Shown here: positions 1 to 7,405 of the stretch, one piece after another | How the letters are laid out: the number at the start of each line of letters is the position of its first letter | Numbering within the stretch: position 1 is the stretch's first letter | Assembly: GCA_947478395.1 (NCBI GenBank) | Contig: CANJVR010000003.1 | Span: forward strand, 64,001 to 128,000 | Direction: 5' to 3' | DNA: 64,000 nt | DNA from: Opitutia bacterium | GTDB taxonomy: Bacteria > Verrucomicrobiota > Verrucomicrobiia > Opitutales > Opitutaceae | Translations under genes and position numbers: made by a program | The notes under the pieces: generated by a model | What the model was told of the DNA's origin: nothing | Databases searched by the model: none | What the model saw: the letters and a program-made list of their open reading frames with translations, nothing else

Positions 1-37
1 CGGAATAGCCCGATGCGCCAACGATACCAACTTTCAT
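1..37 (-). CDS. argC: N-acetyl-gamma-glutamyl-phosphate reductase, N-terminus only (runs off the window edge)
   Basis: Reverse strand from ATG at 37 reads MKVGIVGASGYS, the typical ArgC Rossmann start. argC usually follows rplM-rpsI in Verrucomicrobia. Only 12 codons are visible. Confidence 0.75.
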   Translation of the reverse strand, partial: MKVGIVGASGYS

Positions 38-112
38 AGAAGAGGAGTGTGCCTTTTCCGAGGCGGATAAATCGAGCCGGAATTTTCGGAAACGACTAGA
101 CCGCCTGCCATT

Positions 113-148
113 AAAAACAAAACAGCCCGCGCCAGTGAAGGCGCGGGC
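113..148 (-). terminator. Intrinsic terminator of the TorF-like gene
   Basis: Stem GCCCGCGCC/GGCGCGGGC (125-148) followed on the minus strand by TGTTTTGTTTTT. Confidence 0.75.
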
Positions 149-199
149 CGAGAAGCGATGCGCTCGAAGCGCACGACGAAAACGCTTAGGCTAGATCAA

Positions 200-991
200 T
201 TAGAATGAGTAAGCGTAGCTGATCGTCACCACGCCGCGGCCAACCGCGCTCGAGATAGAGCTCTTGGGAAACGAACCCTGCTTCGCGAAGGCATTGCTGC
301 CTTTGGTGTACGCGAAGCCCACCGTCAGCTTGGATTCCTTGGTCAGTTGGAACGGAGCGGCCGCGCTGAGAAGCCAGTAATTGCCCCACGCCTTCACCGC
401 CGGAGAAAAATTCCGGCTGGCATCTTTCACCAGGTACGTTCCGCCCACTGCCGAGAAATCGAGCTCCGTGCCGATTTCCTTCAACGGAACAGCATACGCG
501 GCCGTGAATTCATACGTGGGACCCTTGAGCATGAAATCCCAGTACAATTTCGGCGTCAGCTTCAAACCCGCCAACGTGTAGTTAAAGGCGATGTTGGGTT
601 CAAAGGTCGAGCGATAGAGCCCCGCGTTGAGGTCAGCGCGCGGATAATAGTAGTAAGTGAATCCAACCACGATGCTTGAAGCAGGATTCAGCGTGACCGT
701 GTCCGAGCCGTAAAAATCGAACTCAGGATCGGAGACTCCGGGGACTTTGTCCGCTAGGGGGAAATTGCTCCAGACGCCGGCGACGACATCACCGTAGCCC
801 AGCTCGACCGCGGGCTGGAAGGACGGGCCGCCTAGACGCTGGCCACGAAACATGTACTGCGAGACAATCGACGGCGTGGCGGTGACGGACACCGTGGGCA
901 CCGCGGACGCGGGGGCCGGAACTGACTGCGCCTGCGCGGAAAACGCGCCGACGACAAGTGCACTGATAAGTGCGAGGGATTTCTTATTCAT
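200..991 (-). CDS. TorF/Gcw_chp-family outer-membrane beta-barrel (putative porin)
   Basis: Signal peptide MNKKSLALISALVVGAFSAQA, SQYMFRG motif, EFDFYG, C-terminal YAYSF. Start reassigned to ATG 991. Confidence 0.75.
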   Translation of the reverse strand: MNKKSLALISALVVGAFSAQAQSVPAPASAVPTVSVTATPSIVSQYMFRGQRLGGPSFQPAVELGYGDVVAGVWSNFPLADKVPGVSDPEFDFYGSDTVTLNPASSIVVGFTYYYYPRADLNAGLYRSTFEPNIAFNYTLAGLKLTPKLYWDFMLKGPTYEFTAAYAVPLKEIGTELDFSAVGGTYLVKDASRNFSPAVKAWGNYWLLSAAAPFQLTKESKLTVGFAYTKGSNAFAKQGSFPKSSISSAVGRGVVTISYAYSF

Positions 992-1151
992 AGTTTGGTT
1001 TGTTTGTTTGGTAGTCTGACTGAACCCGCGCCGACCCTTTGATCGTGCGGGAGGTTCCAAGGTAAACGCTAATACCTCGAGAGGCCACAACCTGAAAATG
1101 CACCGAGGTGACGTCCTTGGTGGCTCTCGGCCATAAATTTATTTTCAGGCC

Positions 1152-1364
1152 TTAAATGCGGAAAATTATCTCATTATTTATTTCCCATGCACCAAGCCCC
1201 AGTAAAGTCAGGCAAATGGTGGTGGCGCCGGGATGCGCCGCGAGATGGCGGAAATCCCAAATTAGCTCGTGGCCGTCGTCATGTCCCGGATGCGCCTGCG
1301 CGAGCGACGTAAGCGTCAGCAGGCAAGATCCCAGAAACCCGGTCCGAACGAATGAATTTCTCAT
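1152..1364 (-). CDS. Small exported/membrane protein with N-terminal AHPGH motif (HupE/UreJ-like N-terminus), possibly 3'-truncated
   Basis: MRNSF...SLAQA|HPGHDDGHELIWDFRHLAAHP followed by a hydrophobic segment. Start ATG 1364. Confidence 0.6.
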   Translation of the reverse strand: MRNSFVRTGFLGSCLLTLTSLAQAHPGHDDGHELIWDFRHLAAHPGATTICLTLLGLGAWEINNEIIFRI

Positions 1365-1377
1365 CGCGCAGCAAGTA

Positions 1378-1393
1378 AGCAGTTCGTGTGCCA
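1378..1393 (-). promoter_or_regulatory. Sigma-54 (-24/-12) promoter candidate
   Basis: Minus strand TGGCACACGAACTGCT = GG-N10-GC, just upstream of ATG 1364. Confidence 0.55.
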
Positions 1394-1513
1394 TTTCGCC
1401 AATCCGAATTTGCGCGGGCGAGGTGTCGGCGAGCGTAGCGCGCGACTTGAGCGCGCGCACTCGGTGCCAGCGCGTCCAACTCGGAACGCGGGCTGAAGCC
1501 TCGCGCGCCCAAC

Positions 1514-1543
1514 AAAAAAGCCGCCTCGAACGAGGCGGCTTTT
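1514..1543 (-). terminator. Intrinsic terminator after rpsI
   Basis: AAAAAAGCCGCCTCG-AA-CGAGGCGGCTTTT hairpin with A/T tails on both sides. Confidence 0.85.
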
Positions 1544-1567
1544 GAAAAACGAAAGCTACGAAGCGAC

Positions 1568-1966
1568 TTAGCGCTTCGAGAACTGGAAGCGCTTGCGCGC
1601 GCCCGGCTGACCGGCCTTCTTGCGCTCTTTGGCGCGGGGATCGCGCTTCATGTGGCCTGCCTTCTTGAGGGCGGGACGAAGTTCAGCGTTCATCTTCTGC
1701 AGCGCCCGGGCGATGCCGTGGGCGACCGCACCAGCCTGGCCGGCGAGTCCGCCGCCCGAGACATTGGCGATGACATCGTATTTTTCCCGCAGCGCGACCG
1801 TGACCAACGGCAACGCGGCGGCCTTGGCGAAACTCTCCGGGACGAAATAGGAATCGAAGCTGCGGCCATTGGCGGTCAGCTTACCGGTGCCGTCGACGAG
1901 ACGGATGCGGGCCGTGGAGGTCTTGCGACGGCCGGTGGCGGTGAAAACGTTCGCGGGTGTGCTCAT
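1568..1966 (-). CDS. rpsI: 30S ribosomal protein S9
   Basis: [33 protein letters not shown]. Start ATG 1966. Confidence 0.98.
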   Translation of the reverse strand: MSTPANVFTATGRRKTSTARIRLVDGTGKLTANGRSFDSYFVPESFAKAAALPLVTVALREKYDVIANVSGGGLAGQAGAVAHGIARALQKMNAELRPALKKAGHMKRDPRAKERKKAGQPGARKRFQFSKR

Positions 1967-1974
1967 GGGCGGAA

Positions 1975-2403
1975 TCAAACGGAAATTTTGACGGGGTTGT
2001 TCATCTCGTGCGTGTGGGTCGGACCGGCGAACACCCGGAGCTTGGTCAGCATCTTGCGGGCAATCCGGTTCTTGGGCAGCATACCTTTGACGGCGTGCTC
2101 GATAATGAACTCGGGGTGGCGTTCCCGCATCAGCTTCATGCTGCGGTAGCTTTCGCCACCGACGAAGCCCGAGAAAAACATGAACTCGTTCTGGTCTTCC
2201 TTCTTACCGGTAAGAACCACCTTCTCAGCGTTGATGACTACGACGAAATCGCCGATATCGACGGTCGGGGTGTAGGAAGCTTTATTGCGACCGCGAATGA
2301 TATTGGCGGCTTTCACGGCGAGACGACCGAGCACTTGTCCCTCGGCATCGATCAGATACCACTTGGGCTGCACTGTCTCCTTCTTGGCGAGGAACGTTTT
2401 CAT
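1975..2403 (-). CDS. rplM: 50S ribosomal protein L13
   Basis: [36 protein letters not shown]. Confidence 0.98.
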   Translation of the reverse strand: MKTFLAKKETVQPKWYLIDAEGQVLGRLAVKAANIIRGRNKASYTPTVDIGDFVVVINAEKVVLTGKKEDQNEFMFFSGFVGGESYRSMKLMRERHPEFIIEHAVKGMLPKNRIARKMLTKLRVFAGPTHTHEMNNPVKISV

Positions 2404-2542
2404 GGGAAAAGGGGTTGATAGCTAGGGTTTCAGAGGAGTGTGTCAATGCCTCTTTTCGCTCGGAGCCATCGGAAAGGCGGATCGGTGCATTTGCCGTCAA
2501 CCCAAACTTGTTTTGCCGCGTGATTATGCGAGCGTTTTGCCC

Positions 2543-2938
2543 ATGACCTCTCGTTTTCCACTGCTCGCCGCCGGCCTGCTTGGCCTGACTGGGGTTGCGC
2601 TCGGAGCCTTTGGCGCTCATGCGCTGCGCGAAACGCTCATGGCGCAAGGCACCCGTGGATCCTGGGATACCGCGGTGCACTATCATTTGTTTCACACCGC
2701 GGCGGTTTTCGGCGCCGCGATCTGGTCCAGCCAAGGCGTCGCGCGCAAGGCCGCGCGCCAGATCCTCTCCGCAACGTATTGCTGGACGGCAGGAGTCATC
2801 CTTTTTTCCGGATCGCTCTACGGATTAGCGCTCCAAGGTCCGCGCTGGCTCGGACCGATCACGCCCATCGGCGGCCTCGCGTTTCTCGCCGGCTGGGCCT
2901 GTGTCGCCGCCGCCGGATTAGCTAAACACGAAGCATGA
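2543..2938 (+). CDS. DUF423 (YgdD/TMEM256) membrane protein
   Basis: GAFGAH, TAVHYHLFH, FSGSLY, GPITPIGG motifs. Start ATG 2543. Confidence 0.9.
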   Translation: MTSRFPLLAAGLLGLTGVALGAFGAHALRETLMAQGTRGSWDTAVHYHLFHTAAVFGAAIWSSQGVARKAARQILSATYCWTAGVILFSGSLYGLALQGPRWLGPITPIGGLAFLAGWACVAAAGLAKHEA

Positions 2939-4347
2939 ACGGAGCGCCGCCGATTCCGGCCGAATTACGCGCAATGCTGGACGTCACGCGCCGGATTGGC
3001 CGGCCACGGCTGGTCGGCGGAGGCGTCCGCGACTGGCTGCTTGAGCTCGAACCGAAGGACTTCGATATCGAGGTCGCGGGCGTCGATTTTGAAACCCTGC
3101 GGCGCGCCCTTTCGCCGTTTGGCGTGACCGATGTGGTTGGCCGAAATTTCGGGGTCCTCAAAGTTCGCGGTGCAACCAGCGGCGTCGAATACGATTTCAG
3201 TTTGCCGCGGCGCGAATCGAAAACCGGGGCGGGCCATCGGGGATTTACGGTCGCGCCGGATCCGGATCTCAGCGACGCCGAGGCCGCCGCGCGGCGGGAC
3301 TTCACGGTGAACGCGATCTCGTGCGATCCCTTCACGGGTGAATTGATCGATCCGCACGGCGGCGTGGCCGACTTGCGGGCGCGCGTCCTGCGGCATACGA
3401 GCGCGGCATTTGTGGAAGATCCGCTGCGCGTGCTGCGGGCGTTTCAGCTGGCGGCCCGCTTCAATTTCTCACTTGCGCCGGAAACGGCCGCCATCAGCCG
3501 GAGTATCGCCGGCACGTTCGCCGAACTGCCCGTTGAGCGCATCTGGGGCGAATGGGAAAAATGGGCGGTGAAAGCAATCAAGCCTTCGCGCGGTCTGGCC
3601 GTGCTCGAGGAAACCGGCTGGCTCGCTCATTTTCCCGAAATCGCCGCGTTGCGGGGCACGCCGCAGGAGCCCGACTGGCATCCGGAAGGCGACGTGTTCA
3701 CCCACACGCAATATTGTCTCGATGCCCTCGTTGTCCTCGACGAGTGGCCGTCATCGTCACCGGCCCACCGGCGCTTGCTCATGTTCGCCGTGCTCGCGCA
3801 CGACTTCGGCAAACCGGGAACCACCGCTCGCGTGGAAAAGCGCGGAGTGCTGCGGTGGACGAGTCTCGGGCACGAAGCAGCCGGCGCTCCGATCGCGGAA
3901 AATTTCCTGCGCCGCATCGGCGCGCCGCTCGAACTCGATGCCCCGGTCAAAGCGCTCGTAGCTCACCATCTCGCGCACCATCATCACGGGGACGACGGCG
4001 AGTTTTCCGACTCCCACGTTCGCCGCCTCGCGCGCAAGCTGGCGCCGGCGACGATCGGTGATCTGGCGTTGGTCATGACGGCCGATGTTCGAGGCCGCCC
4101 TCCCTTGGAATCCCCGCACGTCATGGCGCTGATCGACCAACTGCGCGGCCGGGCTCACGCCCTCGAATTACAAAGCAAGGCGCCCCAGCCTCTCGTCCTT
4201 GGCCGGCATCTGCTTGCCCTCGGCCACCGGCCCGGCCCGGAATTTAAGCCCGTGCTAGACGCCGCGTTTGAGGCCCAACTCGACGGCGCGTTTGCCGACG
4301 AAGCGGGCGGTGCGATTTGGCTGCGCGCTTTTCTCGAGCACAACTAA
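2935..4347 (+). CDS. cca: CCA tRNA nucleotidyltransferase / poly(A) polymerase family with HD domain
   Basis: VGGGVRD, KDFDIEV, RRDFTVNA, EDPLRVLR, HPEGDVFTH, HDFGK. Confidence 0.88.
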   Translation: MNGAPPIPAELRAMLDVTRRIGRPRLVGGGVRDWLLELEPKDFDIEVAGVDFETLRRALSPFGVTDVVGRNFGVLKVRGATSGVEYDFSLPRRESKTGAGHRGFTVAPDPDLSDAEAAARRDFTVNAISCDPFTGELIDPHGGVADLRARVLRHTSAAFVEDPLRVLRAFQLAARFNFSLAPETAAISRSIAGTFAELPVERIWGEWEKWAVKAIKPSRGLAVLEETGWLAHFPEIAALRGTPQEPDWHPEGDVFTHTQYCLDALVVLDEWPSSSPAHRRLLMFAVLAHDFGKPGTTARVEKRGVLRWTSLGHEAAGAPIAENFLRRIGAPLELDAPVKALVAHHLAHHHHGDDGEFSDSHVRRLARKLAPATIGDLALVMTADVRGRPPLESPHVMALIDQLRGRAHALELQSKAPQPLVLGRHLLALGHRPGPEFKPVLDAAFEAQLDGAFADEAGGAIWLRAFLEHN

Positions 4348-4815
4348 CTCGGCGGACCCAAGCGTCAGCACACCATCGGTCAAAATCCGCGCCCGCAAAC
4401 CCCCGCGTCCTTTCAGCCACTCTTCCGCTCCGGGAGCGACGGCATGGTTCATCCACTGGCAGGGCCGCGCCTCGTCCGTGCCTTCAAATTCCACGCCGCC
4501 GACGGTGAAGCGCCGGCCGATGAGTCCATTCAAATCAGCGCCGGCGATCAGCACGTTGCGGCGAAATGCGCCTGGCGAAAGGTTCGCTACGCCGAACTCG
4601 CGGCCCACGGCTTCATACGTTTCCCAAGCGAAAAACGTGATCTGGCCCTGGTAATCGGGCCGAAAACCATAAAAGCGGTCGCCCTCAATGCCATACCCCG
4701 CGCGGCAACAAATGTTTTGGATTTCCTGCGTCGGGTGTTCACCGGCCGGCAAAGCACGACGGCCGAAAAAATTATGGCCGGGTGAAACATACAGGCGCTG
4801 AATCTCGATCCGCAT
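4255..4815 (-). CDS. MOSC domain-containing protein
   Basis: GIEGDRF, FRRNVLI, RPCQWM, GRGGLRARILTDG. Start ATG 4815; the longer ORF upstream is antisense to the GH20 gene. Confidence 0.85.
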   Translation of the reverse strand: MRIEIQRLYVSPGHNFFGRRALPAGEHPTQEIQNICCRAGYGIEGDRFYGFRPDYQGQITFFAWETYEAVGREFGVANLSPGAFRRNVLIAGADLNGLIGRRFTVGGVEFEGTDEARPCQWMNHAVAPGAEEWLKGRGGLRARILTDGVLTLGSAELVVLEKSAQPNRTARFVGKRAVELGLKRGV

Positions 4816-4833
4816 CGAAAAATCGGTATGAAC

Positions 4834-4855
4834 GTAGGAGCTTGCTTGCAAGCGA
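4834..4855 (+). repeat. GTAG-type REP palindrome
   Basis: GTAGGAGCTTGCTTGCAAGCGA: GTAG tag followed by an imperfect palindrome. Confidence 0.65.
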
Positions 4856-4901
4856 CGGTTTGAGTCGGCTCGCGCTCGAAATCGCCCGGCAGACCACCCG
4901 A

Positions 4902-4937
4902 TGTCATTGCGAATCCCGCCGCGGGACGAAGCAATCT
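4902..4937 (+). repeat. GTCATTGCGA...GAAGCAATC-type palindromic repeat
   Basis: TGTCATTGCGAATCCCGCCGCGGGACGAAGCAATCT resembles the widespread (C/T)GTC-tagged REP/RPE-like class. Confidence 0.6.
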
Positions 4938-5007
4938 GGCGGGCATACCGCGGCGCGCTTCGCGCCCTTCGCCATGACAAGATTAACCCCCACCCAAAGT
5001 CACTGAA

Positions 5008-6996
5008 ATGATTCGTGCGTTTCAGTGGGACTTGGCGCGCCAGGTGGAGCGGCTCGACTGGCTGCTCGCCCAGCTTCCGCGCTATGCGGCCTGGGGCTAT
5101 CAGGAGCTTTATCTCCACCTGGAGGATGCGGTCGAATACCCCAGTCTGCCCGGCGTGGCGCGACGCGACGCGTATTCGTATCGCCAGCTCGCCCGCCTGG
5201 TCGACGCCGCAACGCGGGCCGGAATCAAGGTCGTGCCCATCGTGAATCTCCTCGGGCACACGCAATATCTGATCAAGGTGCCGGAGCTGCGCGATCTCAA
5301 CGAACTCCGCGCGCCCGACGGCTCGCCGCTGGAGCGGGGCCAGATTTGCCCCCTGCATCCTCGCACCCTGGAAGTCGCCGAAAAATTGCTGCGCGACATG
5401 GCGCCTTTCTGCACGGCGGGGAAGGTACACGTCGGGCTCGACGAATCGTTTCACCTCGGACAACACCCCCAATCACGCGCCGAGATCGCGGCGATCGGAC
5501 TGCCGGCGCATTTCGCGCGTTACGTGGGGCGCCTGCACGCTTTGACGGAGGCGCGCGGACTGCGTCTCGGATTGTGGGCCGACATGCTGGCCCTGTTGCC
5601 CGCGACGATTCCCCTGCTGCCGCGCGGCGTGATCGCTTACGACTGGTATTATTATCCCTTCGCCAAAAAACCGAAGATCGAGCTGAGAAATTTCACGGAC
5701 TACGATCTGGCGCCAGCGTTGCGCGCCCGCGGTATTGAATACTGGGGATGTCCGATGAACGGGGCCTTTCGCTATGAGCCGCTGCCGGTTTTCGGCGAAC
5801 GGCTCGATAACATCCGCGCGTGGTGGCAACGTTGTCATGCCGTCGGCGCGGCCGGAATGCTGGTGACCTCGTGGGAAGCGTACCGCCTCGCGATCGAAAC
5901 GACGACCGTGGTGGACGCCGCGGCGGCGAGCCTGTGGCTGGAGCTCGATGGCGCGAAAAAATCAAATACGGTGCTGCTGGCGCGAGGGCTGGAAAAGGTA
6001 GGGCGGGTTATCCCTAACCCGCCGCGTTTGGATCCGACCGCGTCCAATCGGCGCGTTAAGGATAACGCGCCCTACCTCGATACCGCGAAGGCGCTCCTCG
6101 CGGCGGACGCGCATGCTTTCTCCGGATACGCGCGCTGGGAAAGCAACGATCGCTGGGATGGCACGAGCGACGCCGACGCCCTTTCCATTTTCGAGCGTGA
6201 AGAAAAAAAATTCGCGCAACTGACCGCGCAGGACCTTCCTCCGCCGCTGGCCGCGAGCGTGGCGTGGCGCCGCTATCTGGCCCAGCGCGATGTTTTCGTG
6301 CGGCGGGCGGCGACGCAGGTTTTCGCTTGGCGGCGCGCGGCAGCGAAAAACCAGCCCGCCCGATTTGAAGGCGATCCGACCGCGGAAATTACCGCGTTTG
6401 TTGCCGCCCTAGCCGCGGGGCGAACGGCGGCGCGCGCGATGTGGAAGCGCACGCGCAATCCCAAACCGCGCGGGCAAAACGAAACAATTCTGGCCGCGGA
6501 CGAGCGCCGGCTGCGAGCGTGGCGGTCATGGCTTGGCGCCGTCGGAAAAAACCCCGCGCACGTGTGGACCGCATCCCCCGTGTGCGGCGCGTGGCAGTTG
6601 ACGTTCACGGTCCACAATTTCGCGCCGGCGCTACAGAAGATCGTCGTCGAACAACAGCGCACCGACGGCACGTGGCAAGACCTCGGCGGACGTTTCACGA
6701 TCGAGTTCCGCGCCGCGGCCGCGCGCCGCCGCGCCGCCGTTACGCGGCCTTTTTCCGTCCCGGTGGCCACGGCGGACGCTGCTCTGCGCCTCGCGGTGCG
6801 GGGACTCGGACAAGTCGCGATCAGCGGCGTGATATTCACCGACGGCGCTCGGGTCCTGCGCGCGAAAGGCTGGCGCGTCGGCCAAAAGAAAATCCTCGGC
6901 CGGCCTGCGCCGCGCCGAGGATTTCCCGAGTTGAATTGGACGCAGAATAACGACGCCGTCGCGCTCAGCTTCCCGTTTTCGCCGGCATTTCGATGA
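5008..6996 (+). CDS. Family 20 glycoside hydrolase-like (hexosaminidase D-like) protein
   Basis: WDLARQ, LYLHLED, VPIVNLLGH, catalytic-type HVGLDE, LWADM, WYY. Confidence 0.75.
   Translation: MIRAFQWDLARQVERLDWLLAQLPRYAAWGYQELYLHLEDAVEYPSLPGVARRDAYSYRQLARLVDAATRAGIKVVPIVNLLGHTQYLIKVPELRDLNELRAPDGSPLERGQICPLHPRTLEVAEKLLRDMAPFCTAGKVHVGLDESFHLGQHPQSRAEIAAIGLPAHFARYVGRLHALTEARGLRLGLWADMLALLPATIPLLPRGVIAYDWYYYPFAKKPKIELRNFTDYDLAPALRARGIEYWGCPMNGAFRYEPLPVFGERLDNIRAWWQRCHAVGAAGMLVTSWEAYRLAIETTTVVDAAAASLWLELDGAKKSNTVLLARGLEKVGRVIPNPPRLDPTASNRRVKDNAPYLDTAKALLAADAHAFSGYARWESNDRWDGTSDADALSIFEREEKKFAQLTAQDLPPPLAASVAWRRYLAQRDVFVRRAATQVFAWRRAAAKNQPARFEGDPTAEITAFVAALAAGRTAARAMWKRTRNPKPRGQNETILAADERRLRAWRSWLGAVGKNPAHVWTASPVCGAWQLTFTVHNFAPALQKIVVEQQRTDGTWQDLGGRFTIEFRAAAARRRAAVTRPFSVPVATADAALRLAVRGLGQVAISGVIFTDGARVLRAKGWRVGQKKILGRPAPRRGFPELNWTQNNDAVALSFPFSPAFR
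5998..6075 (+). repeat. GTAG-type REP doublet inserted in-frame in the GH20 gene
   Basis: GTAGGGCGGGTTATCCCTAACCCGCC...GGCGCGTTAAGGATAACGCGCCCTAC; 78 nt = 26 codons. Confidence 0.8.
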
Positions 6997-7303
6997 CTTT
7001 GCTGGGGCCGATCTTCACATTTCCGGCCGAACCCGGCACGTATTTTTTCAAGAACTCATCGACCTTGCTGTAGAAAGCGATGCTCAGTTCCTCTCGGCGA
7101 AAACCGTGACCTTCGTTGGCCTCGACGATCATCTCGTAGGTCTTACCGTGTTTCTTAAGCGCGGATTCCATGTCGTAGCCTTGGTCGAGATTCACGCGCG
7201 GATCGTTGCGGCCGTAGGCCATCAGAACGGGAACGCGGATGCGGTCGGCGAAGTTGGACGGCGAGGTATCGTAGGCGCGTTTGCTATCGGCGGACTTGTC
7301 GAG
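6965..7303 (-). pseudogene. C-terminal remnant of an S9 prolyl oligopeptidase
   Basis: Open frame reads LDKSADSKRAYDTSPSNFADRIRVPVLMAYGRNDPRV...NEGHGF. It keeps the catalytic Asp/His region but lacks the GxSxG serine and the propeller. Confidence 0.8.
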
Positions 7304-7342
7304 GCGTGGAAGCGCCGGGTTCCGCCAGGTTGGCGGTGGCGC

Positions 7343-7378
7343 AAAATAAAAAGGGCGGCCGGTAGAACCGGCCGCCCT
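7343..7378 (-). terminator. Intrinsic terminator of the TonB-dependent receptor gene
   Basis: AGGGCGGCCGGT-AGA-ACCGGCCGCCCT followed on the minus strand by a T-rich tail. Confidence 0.85.
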
Positions 7379-7405
7379 GGTAGAGCAGATTAAACTGGAA
7401 TCAGC

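Noticed and set aside
1030..1135. Resemblance of ACCTCCCGC...AAAGGG to the Moco riboswitch 3' end
   Set aside because: The P1 pairing and other conserved elements do not fit; the segment folds better as a local hairpin
4816..5472. N-terminal extension of the 405-aa MOSC ORF
   Set aside because: Runs through REP elements and antisense to GH20; the domain starts at ATG 4815
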